DNA from: Marsupella aquatica
Lineage: Eukaryota; Plantae; Marchantiophyta
Reading direction: 5' to 3'
DNA length: 64,000 bases
Assembly: GCA_973895155.1 (NCBI GenBank)
Contig: OZ316893.1
Span: forward strand, 13,532,359 to 13,596,358
The stretch's first letter is position 1, and each line of letters starts with the position of its first letter. The notes under the pieces were generated by a model. It searched no databases and had not been told where the DNA came from. It saw only the letters and a program-made list of their open reading frames with translations. A program made the translations under genes and the position numbers. Shown in pieces: positions 25,832-37,691 of this stretch.

Positions 25832-28800
25832 ATGGGAAACTTTGATGTGGATTCGCATGTTCACCACCCTACGAAATCAGAATTCTCTCTCGTTAACAAG
25901 AGCAGTCCCAACCCTTTTGGATCCTCCAAGTGGCACGGTGACATTCAGAAGACGTCTCCTAATTGTTTGTTGCCTGTTGCGTCCTCTGAGCGATTTGAAA
26001 AAACAAGGTTGGTGGCTATGCAAGAGGCCGCTTTACATGATTCCACGGTGCTAGAAATGGGGTACCAAATGACCGATAGCGATAGCAGCACGGTCACATC
26101 AGAAAACCTCCTCAAAGTCCCACATGTACGCTCAACACTCGGAAACCCGCTTGACCACAAGGCTCTGAAGCCCATCTCGTTGAGAGAACTAAAAGTGGGA
26201 AAGGTGCATCGCGGCAGGATTTTGAGTGGAACTCTATGTTGCAAGACAGTCAAGACTTCAGCTATCATGAATGTGCTCGAAGAAGATGGCACAAACAATG
26301 ATGCTACGAGGCTTGTGATCTCCAATTCTATGCACAAAAGTATCACTACCGACAAATCACAGTTATTGTATCCAAAGGGGGCTAAAATATCTGTGCAGGA
26401 TCCATATTTTAAACGATTCGCAGATGGCATGTTGGGGCTTCTAGTTGAGAATCCTACTGACATTATCTTCACTTTTTTGCCGGAAGAGTTGCCACCTGCT
26501 GAGAAAAGGAACAGAAAAGAAACCTCTAAAAGAATGGCTGGCAGGGTTGAGTCAGGTCACGTACGAGATGATGGACAAGAAAGTTATGCCCAGGTTATCA
26601 GATGTGTCGGTCCGCGTCGATGGGGGAGTCTAATCGTTGAGCAATCAGCATCAGATAAGACGCATCCTCAGTGCCTCAGGAAAAATTTGCGTGGGGAACA
26701 CATTGACATTGATGCAGGCGACAAAAGCTCGTCATTAATTACTCAGAAAAACACCCCAGGAGTTGATGCAAAAGCGCAAACAAAAGTACTGACACTGGCA
26801 GACAAACGAACTTTAGACATTGAGGAGGAGCTTGCAACAGCCACCGTTGAGCAAGATGCTTTGGACACACCAATCGACATAGACAGAACGGGAGACAGAA
26901 GCTTCAATTCGGATTCTGTACGTGAGGATGAGGAAAACTCTCCCCATAAGGTGGCTGAGACTGACGGTCGATGTCATGAATTACATCAACTTTCAGACAA
27001 TAGAACATTAACTGGCTGTTTGCAGAACAAAATTATCGTTCCACAGAAGCTCAGTGATAATTGTGAACTTGTTACACCAAGTGAGGATACTTGCGAAGGG
27101 CAGCAAATTCACATTGCTGAGGAAACAAATATTCCGAGTAATGCTGAACAAGACGAGATTAGTCAAACTCAGGAACCACTTCAAGATATCAACAATGTAA
27201 TCAGTGAAGACATTATCACGTCAACAACCTCTGTTAACTGTACCAAGTTACTTGTTGATGACAGCTCTGAAATGAACACCTCAGCACAAGGATGCACAGA
27301 TTGTAGCCCTGAGGCATGTGAGAGTTCAGAGCCAATCGAAAGTACAAAGAATGACATCTTCGCAACAGCGAATGCGGGAGGCCAGTTTTCACAAGCACCG
27401 ACTTTAGCAGAGAAGGAAAATCAACATTTGAACTCGAGTAGGACTACAGAAACCAATGATGCAGATGGTACCACTGCAAGCAACCATCTCTCTCCAATAG
27501 CCCTTCGGTTACTGGGAAACAAGCATTTTGCAGAGCAAAATTGGGCAAAAGCAATTGATCTATACACTCAAGCTACTTTCAAAGCTATACAAGACTCGGT
27601 ACAAGAATCCAAGGAAAATTTGTCCCCTAATCACGAAAAGATAGTTTGTTGTGGTGAGCCACAGAAAGATGTCAGTACCCAAAAAGAAGAACAAGGTAGT
27701 GAGGTCGTTATGGACTACTCCAACAGGGCAGAGGCCTGGCTAAGGTTACATCAGTACGAAAGAGCATGGGCAGATGCAGAGAGGGCTCTCTCCTTTGATC
27801 CGAACCACTTGAAGAGTCTGTTTCGGAAAGGACGAGCTCTTCTAGGTTTAGGAGACTATCGTCAAGCTTTAGCCCACTTCGAAGCTGCCAATGCTCGCAC
27901 TCCATTCGACAAAGATGTCTTGGCTGCCATAAAACTCGGTCGGACTGCTGATCATCAAAATCGCCTTGGCATCTATGACCTCACAGACTACTTCTTGAGA
28001 GGCCGCTTCACAGGAGAGGTTCCAAATTGTGCAGATTACATTGGCCCCATCCAAGTGAAGGCTAATGTTGGAGAAAAAGGGCGAGGACTGTTTTTGACAA
28101 AATCTGTCGAGGCTGGAGACTTGCTTCTGGTATCAAATCCTCTTGCTTTCTGGCAGCTTGAGCACCAGGACCAAAGCAAGAGCAAGTCAAATGTGCTGCA
28201 CAAGGAGTCCACAACTCAAGAGGGGAATCCAAGAGTGCCTGCAGAAATCGAGGAGAAGCTTGTTGAAATTTTGCTGGAGCGAGCCAAAGTGTCAAGTAAA
28301 CACTGTCAAAGGTTGCTCACCCTCTGCCATGGCAAGCAGGGAGCACTAGTATCCAACCAACCAGCTCCATCCATGGATTTGTTTATATCAGGACGGCAAA
28401 TGTCACCACCCACTGAACACATTGAATCTGAAGAGTTGGATGACATTCGCCTTCGGCAGATAATTGCACAAAATGTAATTGATGGAAGTATGGTGTCCAC
28501 CACATTTGCAAGAAGACGAGTTTTCCATGAAGATAGGAGTGATGACACTTCCAATGCCCAGTTCTATGGCTTGTGGGTACTCCCATCCTTCATCAACCAT
28601 TCATGCATTCCTAATGTGTCCATGGTAATCATTGGAAAATGTATTTTTGTGTACGCTTCCAAAGACATGGACGTGGGTGAAGAGCTCCAATGTAGCTACT
28701 TCAATGTCTTCCAACCACTGCCCCAAAGGAGAGAGCTGGCATTGAGATGTTGGGCTTTCTCATGCAAATGTGCGCGTTGTTTATTGGAAACCAAATTTGG

Positions 28801-29290
28801 AACCTCCTTGGCAACACTGCAATCCCTTCATACTCAAGTACAACCCAATCCCACTTTTGTCATGATGAGTTATTCACCCTCTGGAAACAGGATCCTGGGC
28901 AAAGACATAGCAAAAGAGTTGCAGATCCTGAACAGCTTAGAGAAACTAGTCAATAGAGAACTGAGTTGGTTGCAAGCATCATTCACCCAACTATACCTCA
29001 CAAGTAGTCAGGATATCATTTGGGCGCATCATGGAAATTGTGCTCAAAGGTTATATATTGCCCTTTGTGCCATGGAGATAGTGAGTCCAGGGAGTGCCAG
29101 CACTTTAGAAGTTGGTCTACTATGTCGAGCAATTGTGGAGAGAGAGTGTAATGGAAAGAAGTCATCAAAGTACAAGGCTGTCAACCAGCAGCTCTTGCGA
29201 ATATGCAAGTGCATCTTTGGGAAACATAGAACTACTGTGCTCCAATCTTTGGTGGAAGGTTGCCCACCAAATCTGGCGAGGAGAATATGA
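25832..29290 (+). CDS. Intronless OB-like domain + TPR + split SET lysine methyltransferase (SMYD/ATXR1-like), ~1152 aa
   Basis: Single ORF, first ATG at 25832. TPR: LRLLGNKHFAEQNWAKAIDLYTQA, YSNRAEAWLRL..YERAWADA, HLKSLFRKGRAL. SET: KGRGLFLTKSVEAGDLLL, GLWVLPSFINHSCIPN, GEELQCSY. Post-SET FSCKCARC. N-terminal LKPISLREL..HRG..QDPYFK..DG..VENPTD domain. Confidence 0.93.
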   Translation: MGNFDVDSHVHHPTKSEFSLVNKSSPNPFGSSKWHGDIQKTSPNCLLPVASSERFEKTRLVAMQEAALHDSTVLEMGYQMTDSDSSTVTSENLLKVPHVRSTLGNPLDHKALKPISLRELKVGKVHRGRILSGTLCCKTVKTSAIMNVLEEDGTNNDATRLVISNSMHKSITTDKSQLLYPKGAKISVQDPYFKRFADGMLGLLVENPTDIIFTFLPEELPPAEKRNRKETSKRMAGRVESGHVRDDGQESYAQVIRCVGPRRWGSLIVEQSASDKTHPQCLRKNLRGEHIDIDAGDKSSSLITQKNTPGVDAKAQTKVLTLADKRTLDIEEELATATVEQDALDTPIDIDRTGDRSFNSDSVREDEENSPHKVAETDGRCHELHQLSDNRTLTGCLQNKIIVPQKLSDNCELVTPSEDTCEGQQIHIAEETNIPSNAEQDEISQTQEPLQDINNVISEDIITSTTSVNCTKLLVDDSSEMNTSAQGCTDCSPEACESSEPIESTKNDIFATANAGGQFSQAPTLAEKENQHLNSSRTTETNDADGTTASNHLSPIALRLLGNKHFAEQNWAKAIDLYTQATFKAIQDSVQESKENLSPNHEKIVCCGEPQKDVSTQKEEQGSEVVMDYSNRAEAWLRLHQYERAWADAERALSFDPNHLKSLFRKGRALLGLGDYRQALAHFEAANARTPFDKDVLAAIKLGRTADHQNRLGIYDLTDYFLRGRFTGEVPNCADYIGPIQVKANVGEKGRGLFLTKSVEAGDLLLVSNPLAFWQLEHQDQSKSKSNVLHKESTTQEGNPRVPAEIEEKLVEILLERAKVSSKHCQRLLTLCHGKQGALVSNQPAPSMDLFISGRQMSPPTEHIESEELDDIRLRQIIAQNVIDGSMVSTTFARRRVFHEDRSDDTSNAQFYGLWVLPSFINHSCIPNVSMVIIGKCIFVYASKDMDVGEELQCSYFNVFQPLPQRRELALRCWAFSCKCARCLLETKFGTSLATLQSLHTQVQPNPTFVMMSYSPSGNRILGKDIAKELQILNSLEKLVNRELSWLQASFTQLYLTSSQDIIWAHHGNCAQRLYIALCAMEIVSPGSASTLEVGLLCRAIVERECNGKKSSKYKAVNQQLLRICKCIFGKHRTTVLQSLVEGCPPNLARRI

Positions 29291-32200
29291 TTTGCCGTTC
29301 ATAAAACATCATTAGTTCCATGGTATACATTTTGGGATTATTTGAATTTGGTAGCAAGGGCAAAGCTGAAGTATTCTAGAGGGTCCAAAAGGTGCACTTT
29401 AGGTTGCTCAGAAATTAACTGAGGCCAATTGTTGAAATGGCAGCACTTTGATTGTAATATATGACTAAGTTTATTTAGAATTCTTACTCTTCATTGCTCA
29501 TGTCCCCATCCTTTGGCAGTCCCCCTGCAACCGTTATCTTGAGTAACAGGAACGCACTTATTGATAGAAGCCTGGCCTTTCATTGTAATGCATTTATGTA
29601 CCTGCCAGGAATGCTTGGGATTTTGCATAGTCAGGACTTTCAGTGTACCATGGTGATGACTTGGTTTTGTTCAATTGTGAAATAGAATTTTTACTTGCTT
29701 CAACACTTTTCTGGGCTGCCATCATTTAAAGTTTTCCCCAACCAAAAAGTTCTCTCATTCTATTTTTTCTGGTATATGAATGATCAGCTTTTTACTAACC
29801 TGTCCCTCTAACGGCTTGAATTCACTATCATGTCCCCAAAATCAGTTTATTTATCAACCTGCCCCCATTTTTGAATATAGGTTAGCAATAACCCAAAACA
29901 AAGTTCCCGCTGCCACACGGCAAGGCAAGAGTGGTCACAGGTTAACTAGGCAAGGTCCCCTCTCATCCCCTCCCCCTTCCCCAGCACAAAGGTCACCCAG
30001 CCCTAAGCCATCACAAAGGTAGAAAGCCAAGCCGATGTGTAAACATTTGCACAGTTTTTGGTCACCAGAACAAGACCAGGCACAAAACTCAGGATTGTTA
30101 CATCTCTGTGAGTAAAAACAGGGGCAAAAAGTAGTGCTTTTGTGAGGTGACTTTCAGGCAGAAACTGATGCCCTTTTGCTGGTCCCGGGCTTGCCCAATA
30201 AAGCTCCTAGTTAATATTTGGCCACTCATGCCTTGACACATGGCAGAGGGAACCCTGTATTGGGTTGACCGCTAACCACGTACTTCTAGGGGGGCAGACT
30301 GACAAAAAAAAAAGTTGGGCAAAATAGTGAGGTATTTGCTTGATGAGACCCCACAATGAAAGATGTTACTCGATCAATTGATCTAGACGGTTGATTGATC
30401 TTTATAGACCTTGAATTAAGGTACCCAAACCCTCCTGGGTTATCAAGAAACATTCTTCAATTTGGGGTTCCATCAAACAAACATCTCCAGGATAGTGAAT
30501 TTGGGTAGTTAGTGGACTAGAGTAGTGAAAAGTTATATGAATGATTTGAACTACGGTAACTGGTTGATCTCTCGTATACTTCATGATATATATACAGTTG
30601 ACGAGCTTCAACCGCGAAGGCTCTTCAACCCTTCAAGGGCTCGTCATTAATGGGCCGCCCGAAATTCCTGAAAATCATGGATTTCTTGAGTGTAATGGAC
30701 CGTATCACAATCCTTGTCACATTCTGTCTCTACATTCCGTGTTCCACATTCTGTTCGTTCACTCATCACACTCGAGTGCCAATCAAAGCAAAGCATTGCT
30801 TTACATTTAATGGTGCATGCGAGAATCTATCGAGGCAGGTACGGTGCAGTTTGAGGAGCTCGCGTTCGCCTTGAGAGTTGGGACGCAATAATAATTATGG
30901 CAACCCTCGAAAGTCGGAAATGGCTGGCAATTGATTTGTGCGTGTGACAAGAAACCTGAACGAGTAATCGTCGTGCACGAGTTACATGGTGTTCAGTTGT
31001 TGGCATCAGTCTGAAGTTCTGAACGGGGGCCCAGGGCACATTGGAAACTGTACCTCTCGAATTTGTCGCAAGAAGACTGATTTGAGTGATTTCGCTTCGA
31101 AACAGTTTATTTATAAATTTGGACATAAACGGCCCACATCCAAAGGTTCAGCAACTGGAATTTGTAGTGTGGAATTGAATTTTGAACTACACTTGTCACA
31201 TTACCTCGGTCTTCGGACATGCATCACATTCAGCAGTAGCTTGAGGAATAGACTGGATGATGCTGAGGTGACCCCTAATCATATCAACAACAAGCCTGAG
31301 TGGATCTTTCCTAGATGCAATTCTTGGATCCGCGCGCAATGGAGAGGCCAAGTGGAGAGGTGTCCCACCTTTGACTGAGAAATGGGAATTGTAACGTCTT
31401 CACATTGAGGTCCACTCGGTCCACTATCGAAAACAATAGCCAATGCCGCCCATTGCGGAAGAAACGCCGGTGCCGCCGTGGAGGGACATTGTACAGAAAG
31501 TGGGATGATCCAAGACTGAGTGGATTTCTATTCAATAGCTATCGTAGTACATGGTACTGCGCGGTGCTGTAGAGCGTGACAGGTGGGGACCGTGGGGAGC
31601 GAGAGTGGAATGTTTGATAACTCACCTCGTTCACGACGACATGCAAAATTTCACTTGTCGCAGTCTGTTGCTCACGGGGCTGCTCGAATTCTCGAAAGCG
31701 TTTGACCCTACAGACCAATACGGACTGGAGACTACTAGTATCATGAATGGAGGTGTAGGATATCTACACAACTATGCTCACGATGCAATCTGACCAGCGT
31801 GACATGTCCGTTTCAACCCGGCCGGCCATTGGTATAAGAAATCTTCAAGAGCTAGAGAATTCACGTCGAGCCTTCTAGTCTCAATCTAAGCGCAAACTAA
31901 AATGTGAGAGAGACTCAGTGGGGCAAAACTTTCCATATCGACGTCGCCAAGTTTGGCATTTCATTGCGTTGCAGTTCGTTATTTGCAATCCGGCTTCAGA
32001 TATTCTATTGACGCCGAATTAGTTCAGAGTTCAGACCATTGCAAGATGAACTGAGTTCTCTTAATTTCATTAAGCCATGCGGCTGCAAAGGTTCAACTAT
32101 GGACGTAATTTAGCTATATATGTATGCAAACTTCCTAAGTGCGATATTTAGGTCGGTTTGTAACGCTCACAATGGTCTTCTGAAACGCATATCTACAGGG

Positions 32201-33689
32201 TTAATTGGAGACGATAATGAGAGGAGGAACTCGATCTCTGACAATCCTGCTTCGGACGCTCACCTTAGTCTGGCGTTTCGCTCACCTTAGTCTAGCGTTA
32301 TCATGTAAATGTTAGGCATAACAAAAAATATTGAGCACGATGGATGACATTCCATTCTTTCGATGCAGCCTTGGAAACCAACTACGGTAGCATCTACTCC
32401 ATTCTACTCTGCAGCTCTCAGCAGAATTAGTGAGTGGCACGAGTGCTCGACCGTTGTTAACCTGTACTACAATGATATGGTCTTTGGCTGCTCTCCTGCA
32501 AGGAATTTACTTAGAATCTTTCCTGTACTACACGCCCTCTAATTCTAACGCGCCCTCAACTTATAACGCATAACGCGGAGACCTATGGAAGCTTGCATGC
32601 TATCTGCATAGATTTTCTTCTTTAGTGCTTTCGCACAGAGCCACACTCGGGTTCGTTTCTCATTATTTTGCTTCATGACAAAATTTCAGACAGTCAAAGT
32701 TTGAATACGGAGTCCAGCATTAGTTTGCATTTAGTGCTCGGTACCTTGTATAATCGTACTCACTGTTCTTTTGACCGCGAAGATAGACTGAGGCAACCAT
32801 AGCCCGAGGTTGTCCTATAGTAAGAGCAACCGCACCGGTAAGAGCATCCGAACTGGTTTCCCGGCTGCACTCTGCTACAAGGACACTTTGGAGGAGCGGG
32901 GTTTTTTTTGCTTGCACCGGTGGATGGCCCTGATGGAGGGTGCGGATGCTCCAACTACGGTGGTGGCTAGGTTACTGGGTTTGGATAGGTGACAGACCAG
33001 CCGACTGCCGTGTTGAACGTCTAGATCCTCCCTTTGCTCAAGAATTATGCACAATACTCTGAATACCAGTGTGCATGCACAGGAAGGGCTCAACTCACTA
33101 GCAGAGTCCAAATGTTATAATTTTCACCACGTAAATTACTCTCTATGGCTAGCTCCACTCTAGTGAGTGGGTAAGGCACTATAGACTCAACGATCACAAA
33201 ATTGTATAGCTTCACTCTAGGGAGTACGAACATGAACGACAGGAATCATCACAAATCATATATAGTACATTTAGATTAGATAGATAGATTCACAAGGCAT
33301 TCAACCATGACTAATATAACTCTCAACCATAGAACAGTACCACAAGTACAGAGCAAGGGGAGTCCCAATTGAGACGTGTACAGTATGGGTCAAATGGGTC
33401 GTACAGGTACAAGACTATTGACACCTTTCTGAAGAATGGTTTGAACACCGTCGTGAAAACTAGTAAGATTCATGTCAGTTTTGGGGGCAAACACTCACAT
33501 TTCGGTCGTGAAAACTAGCACCGTAAAAGTACTGTCAATTTTGGAGGCGGAGTTGATGAGTCTAATCACTTTTGGTTCCTGCGTCTGAATTTGCTGAACA
33601 CGCTCGTGTATTATTACTGTATCGGCAATGTACAGTACTACCCAACGCCAAAGTACGTGAGATAGATCGTCAGTCCCCCCAAGATTGAA

Positions 33690-34345
33690 CAACTTCGAAA
33701 CCAGTCGGAGGGATTTCTTGACAAGTTTCAACGTTGTTGTTGCACTCTCGGTTGATACATTCGAAATTAAAAGGATTCCATGAGAACACCAAAAGGATTC
33801 CATGAGAACTTTTAAATGACGGTGGTGTGCCAGACGACATGCAATGCAGAGATCGCGAAGACGTTCGAAACCAGGGACTTCTGGATAACTGTGAAAGGTG
33901 GTGTTAGGATGCAATAGAGAGAAACCAATACATTCGAAACCAAAAGAATTTCTTGAGAACTTTCAATGGTGGTGTTCTAGACGGGAAGCAATGGAGAGAA
34001 CACGTTCGAAACGACTTCTTGGTGACTTTCAACGTGGTGTTGTAGACTGGAGAGAAATCAATACATTCGAAACCAAAAGAATTTCTTGAGAACTTTCAGT
34101 GGTGGTGTTCTAGACGGGAAGAAATGGAGAGAACACGTTCGAAACGACTTCTTGGTGACTGTCAACGTGGTGTTTTAGACGGGATGCGATGAGCACGTTC
34201 GAACTCAGAGAGATTTCTTGACCACTTTCAACCGTGGTGTTGTACGTACACAGGATGCAATGGATCGAGAGAACACGTTCAAAACCAGAGGGCTTTTTTT
34301 ATAGCTTTCAACGGTAGTGTTGTACACGAAATGCAATGGAGAGGA
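33690..34345. repeat. Degenerate tandem array, ~65 bp units with a ~133 bp higher-order dimer
   Basis: Recurring ttcgaaac...ttcttg...actttcaa.gtggtgtt..agac...gcaatggagaga, about 10 units; 33925-34057 is near-identical to 34058-34185. Confidence 0.85.
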
Positions 34346-35285
34346 CCTAGTTCTCTACCTTGGCCTGGAGGCGTACATGTCAAATGGAAATTTGTCCTCG
34401 TGAAAGAACTGTCGGTCCAACTTCGGACAATCACACGCACGACCGCAAATCCTATTTGCTAAAATCCTATTCCTAATAGGTCGTACGTTCCTTATCTATC
34501 TTGAACAGTACCCGTTGAACGCTACTGTAGCTAGTCGAGCGTTGAATTCGCTTGACGAAAACTTTGCCTTGCTAAGGCGAAAGATGGACGTGTATGTGAG
34601 ACGTGGCGAAGGGAAAATCGAACTGCGTTGAGCGGTATTCAATTCCACAACAACGCTCCACAAGTTCGACAAAATGCACGACTAATTGATCGAGCACGAA
34701 TTTAGATATGATTTGTTGTAGAAGCGCGAAGATCTCTACTTGGGTATACAGGACAGAAAGTGCTGACATGCTCTGAATGAGGAACAAGAGGGAACCAAGA
34801 ATAAAACAGAGAAGGAGCCGTTCCATTTAACGAAAAGCCAAGAGATATGCTCCGTTCTCTACTGTGACTCGTTTCATTGAATAATGCAGAACTTAAAATT
34901 GAAAAGGGTCGGCAAGGTATTGACAGCAGGTTTACCAATTTCGCATTCATTACCGAACTTTCATATGAACATATTTACATAACTTCTATGGCTGTCATGG
35001 CAGTTTTGCTCTCTACACCTGGTCGACAAGAGGTAAGAAGCGTAACGTCCACTCACTAGTGCAGTGATGAAATGGCTTCGGATGCGCGACTTCAGACTAA
35101 TGTACGTTACAATCCCCTAAACTTCGCTTGCCTAGATCGACACAAAGGCGCGAGGGAGAAATCAAGCAGCTCCGTGGATATCTTCCCTCGTTGCAGACCA
35201 AGGTCTACTGGATCGCCTGTGATTGAAGGATGGCTGGGGAAAAACTATTGAGACCTCTTAAACTCGCTCGGACAATCAGTTTCAT

Positions 35286-36722
35286 TCAAGCTGGAAAGCC
35301 GTTCAATCCCAAAAGAAAACTGCTGCTTATTATCCGAAGTGCGATCACCGAGAAAGCAACGAGATAAGTAAATGGTATCGGACGCCCTCTCGAAGTGTAG
35401 TTCAGCTGCAGTTGCCTGTACTCAGGAGCAGAATTCGAAGAACGAGCGGTATCCCACCCCGAATGCGCGAAACTGTTGTTGCAGTCAGCACTTATGCTCA
35501 CGCCCAAGGGTGCCACAACTTCTCGTGCGTCAGATGGAGGGATGCAGAGACCCGAGTTGTTTGATAGCAGGAGATTGCTCCCCAACTTTGTCACAAATGC
35601 GAGCGAAAATGGTACTGGCCCAGTGAGGCTATTGGCACTCAGGTCGAGCTGGTAGATGTTCGGAAGCTTGCCGAGGGTTGGTGGTATGGGACCAGACAAG
35701 TTGTTGCCCTGCAAAAGTAGGACCCGGAGGTTCGCCAGCCCTCCCAAGGACTCTGGGATCTCTCCCACAAACCCTGAACCAGCGAGACTCAGCCTCGACA
35801 ATGCCAGCATCCCTCCCACGAAGCCGGGCAAGGGGGATTGCATGCTGTTCCCTTCCAAGAACAGATCCTGCAGCTTCGTCAGATTTTCAAAGGAAGGTGG
35901 AACACCCCCAGAGAGATTATTCTGGCTCAAGTCCAAATATTCGAGGGAATTCAAACTTCCGAAGTCCTCCGGGATGCTGCCACTCAAATTGTTATTGCCG
36001 AGAGCCAATTGTTGAAGCCTCTTGAGTCGATCCAGAGAAGGCAACCCACCAGAAAGAAAGTTGCAGCTCAAATCGAGGACGACAAGAGACTGGAGAGAAT
36101 TGAAAGAGCTCGGGATAGTTCCGTTCAGTCGATTCTCACTCAATTCTAGCTGTAGCAAGTTGCTCAAATTGCCGTACTCTTTAGGAATTGAGCCTTCGAA
36201 GCTGTTCTCTGTCAGTACCATTCTCTGCAACGACGTGAGGTTTCCCAACTCGGCAGGCAGGAAACCACCGAGCGAGGGATTACCTTGTAGGGTAAGCATT
36301 TGCAAAGAGCTCGACAGTCGACCGATTTCGCTCGGAACAGTAGCGCTCCCATTCACGAAACAATTGTAGATGAACAGGGTCTCCAAGAACTGCAGCTTTG
36401 CAATCGAGGAGCTGAGGCTGGCGTTGCCTGAGCAACTGATGAGATTGCCATAATCGGAGATGTAGCCAAACTCCAAATTCGTGACATGGTACATTCCGCT
36501 GACATCATCGAGAAGGCAATATATACCCTGCTGACTACCCAAACACGGGTCCGGCACTTCAGTCTTCCAATCAGTGTCGGAATTGATACTCCTCATGACC
36601 TCAAACAATGCCTCCAGCTCCACAGGATCTGTGCTGACCGTCTGTTGTTGGGCCACTCCAGTAAGCCACAAAATCATGAAAGCCAGGAAACCTGGTCCCC
36701 ATTGGAGAAAAGACCGCGACAT
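35286..36722 (-). CDS. Intronless LRR receptor-like protein, TMM/RLP29/PII-2 family, ~478 aa
   Basis: First ATG at 36722, then a signal peptide, N-cap (DPVELEALFEVM..DW...PDPC...GIYC..YHVTNLEFG, LFIYNCF), about 10 plant LRRs (LxxLxLxxNxLSGxIP), C-cap NNSGLC and a hydrophobic C-terminus. No kinase domain. Confidence 0.93.
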   Translation of the reverse strand: MSRSFLQWGPGFLAFMILWLTGVAQQQTVSTDPVELEALFEVMRSINSDTDWKTEVPDPCLGSQQGIYCLLDDVSGMYHVTNLEFGYISDYGNLISCSGNASLSSSIAKLQFLETLFIYNCFVNGSATVPSEIGRLSSSLQMLTLQGNPSLGGFLPAELGNLTSLQRMVLTENSFEGSIPKEYGNLSNLLQLELSENRLNGTIPSSFNSLQSLVVLDLSCNFLSGGLPSLDRLKRLQQLALGNNNLSGSIPEDFGSLNSLEYLDLSQNNLSGGVPPSFENLTKLQDLFLEGNSMQSPLPGFVGGMLALSRLSLAGSGFVGEIPESLGGLANLRVLLLQGNNLSGPIPPTLGKLPNIYQLDLSANSLTGPVPFSLAFVTKLGSNLLLSNNSGLCIPPSDAREVVAPLGVSISADCNNSFAHSGWDTARSSNSAPEYRQLQLNYTSRGRPIPFTYLVAFSVIALRIISSSFLLGLNGFPA

Positions 36723-37691
36723 CTGTTTAATTAACGACTGAACGCTCCAAGGGAGAGATGTTATTCGGCAGAAAAGCAAGCTCCTGAATTCGTGAGTTCG
36801 AGAAACACTAGCAGAAACGTAGGAATGAAAACGATATCAAGATGAGCTGCGTTCCTGAGAAATAGTGAATTCACAATACAACCAATACAGCACACTCCAG
36901 GCCGTCATCCCTTCTACAACCTCCGTTGCGCAGTGGAAAATGAACTACTGAGTTCGTGACCTCAACTGAGCGACTGTCGGTGTTGAATGAGCTGATGAGG
37001 CAGATTGACGTGCTTGCAGATGAGCTAGTAAGACTGAACTATAATGACTGAACTATGGGGCTGATGATTGAGCTAAACTCCAGTACATTGCAGTATTGGG
37101 GCGGACGAGCTTTAATTACTAGACCGATGATTTGAAGAGCAAAACACGCTTGAATTGTGTGGCGACTGGCGAGGAAATTGTGCTTCTGCACTACACTACT
37201 TTCCCCAAAAGTGTTCAAACCAAACGGCATCAATCAATCACTGAGTCAATCAATGCTAAAGGCAGGAAAAGCATGCATCAGCAGAAACAGAAACTGAGCT
37301 TCGAAGACAGGAGATCTAATCCAAAGTGTGCAATTCCTTGTGCCGCTTGTGCCGGATCCATTGAACGAACTGGCAGTTAAAAGATCGCACGAACCGTCTT
37401 CGCTATTTAACACGGATCTTGGGCCCAATCATCCAAACACAGCATTGAGAGTAGCGCAGCGGATGAAGAAGGAACAAAGCACGCCTCAATGAATGACAGC
37501 AATACCAATAAATAGCATTGATGAGACGTCCTCTCTTCGGCATCAAACACCCCACTCGTCGAGGAAATTCAAGCTGTCCAGTACTCTACTCCGAGTAATG
37601 AACTACAAGTATAACGTAGACCTTCCCTAAATTTAATTCGAGCTTGTTAAGCTACGGTACAATAGTACGTTAGTCTCAAACTAGTTGTGTC

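Noticed and set aside
25945-26472. 175 aa antisense ORF, and similar ones opposite the RLP and VAD1 exon 1
   Set aside because: Shadow frames of real coding sequence.
30800-35200. Conserved miRNA, tRNA or snoRNA genes in the long intergenic region
   Set aside because: By eye I found no match to conserved land-plant miRNAs, cloverleaf or C/D box pair; a covariance-model search could still find something.
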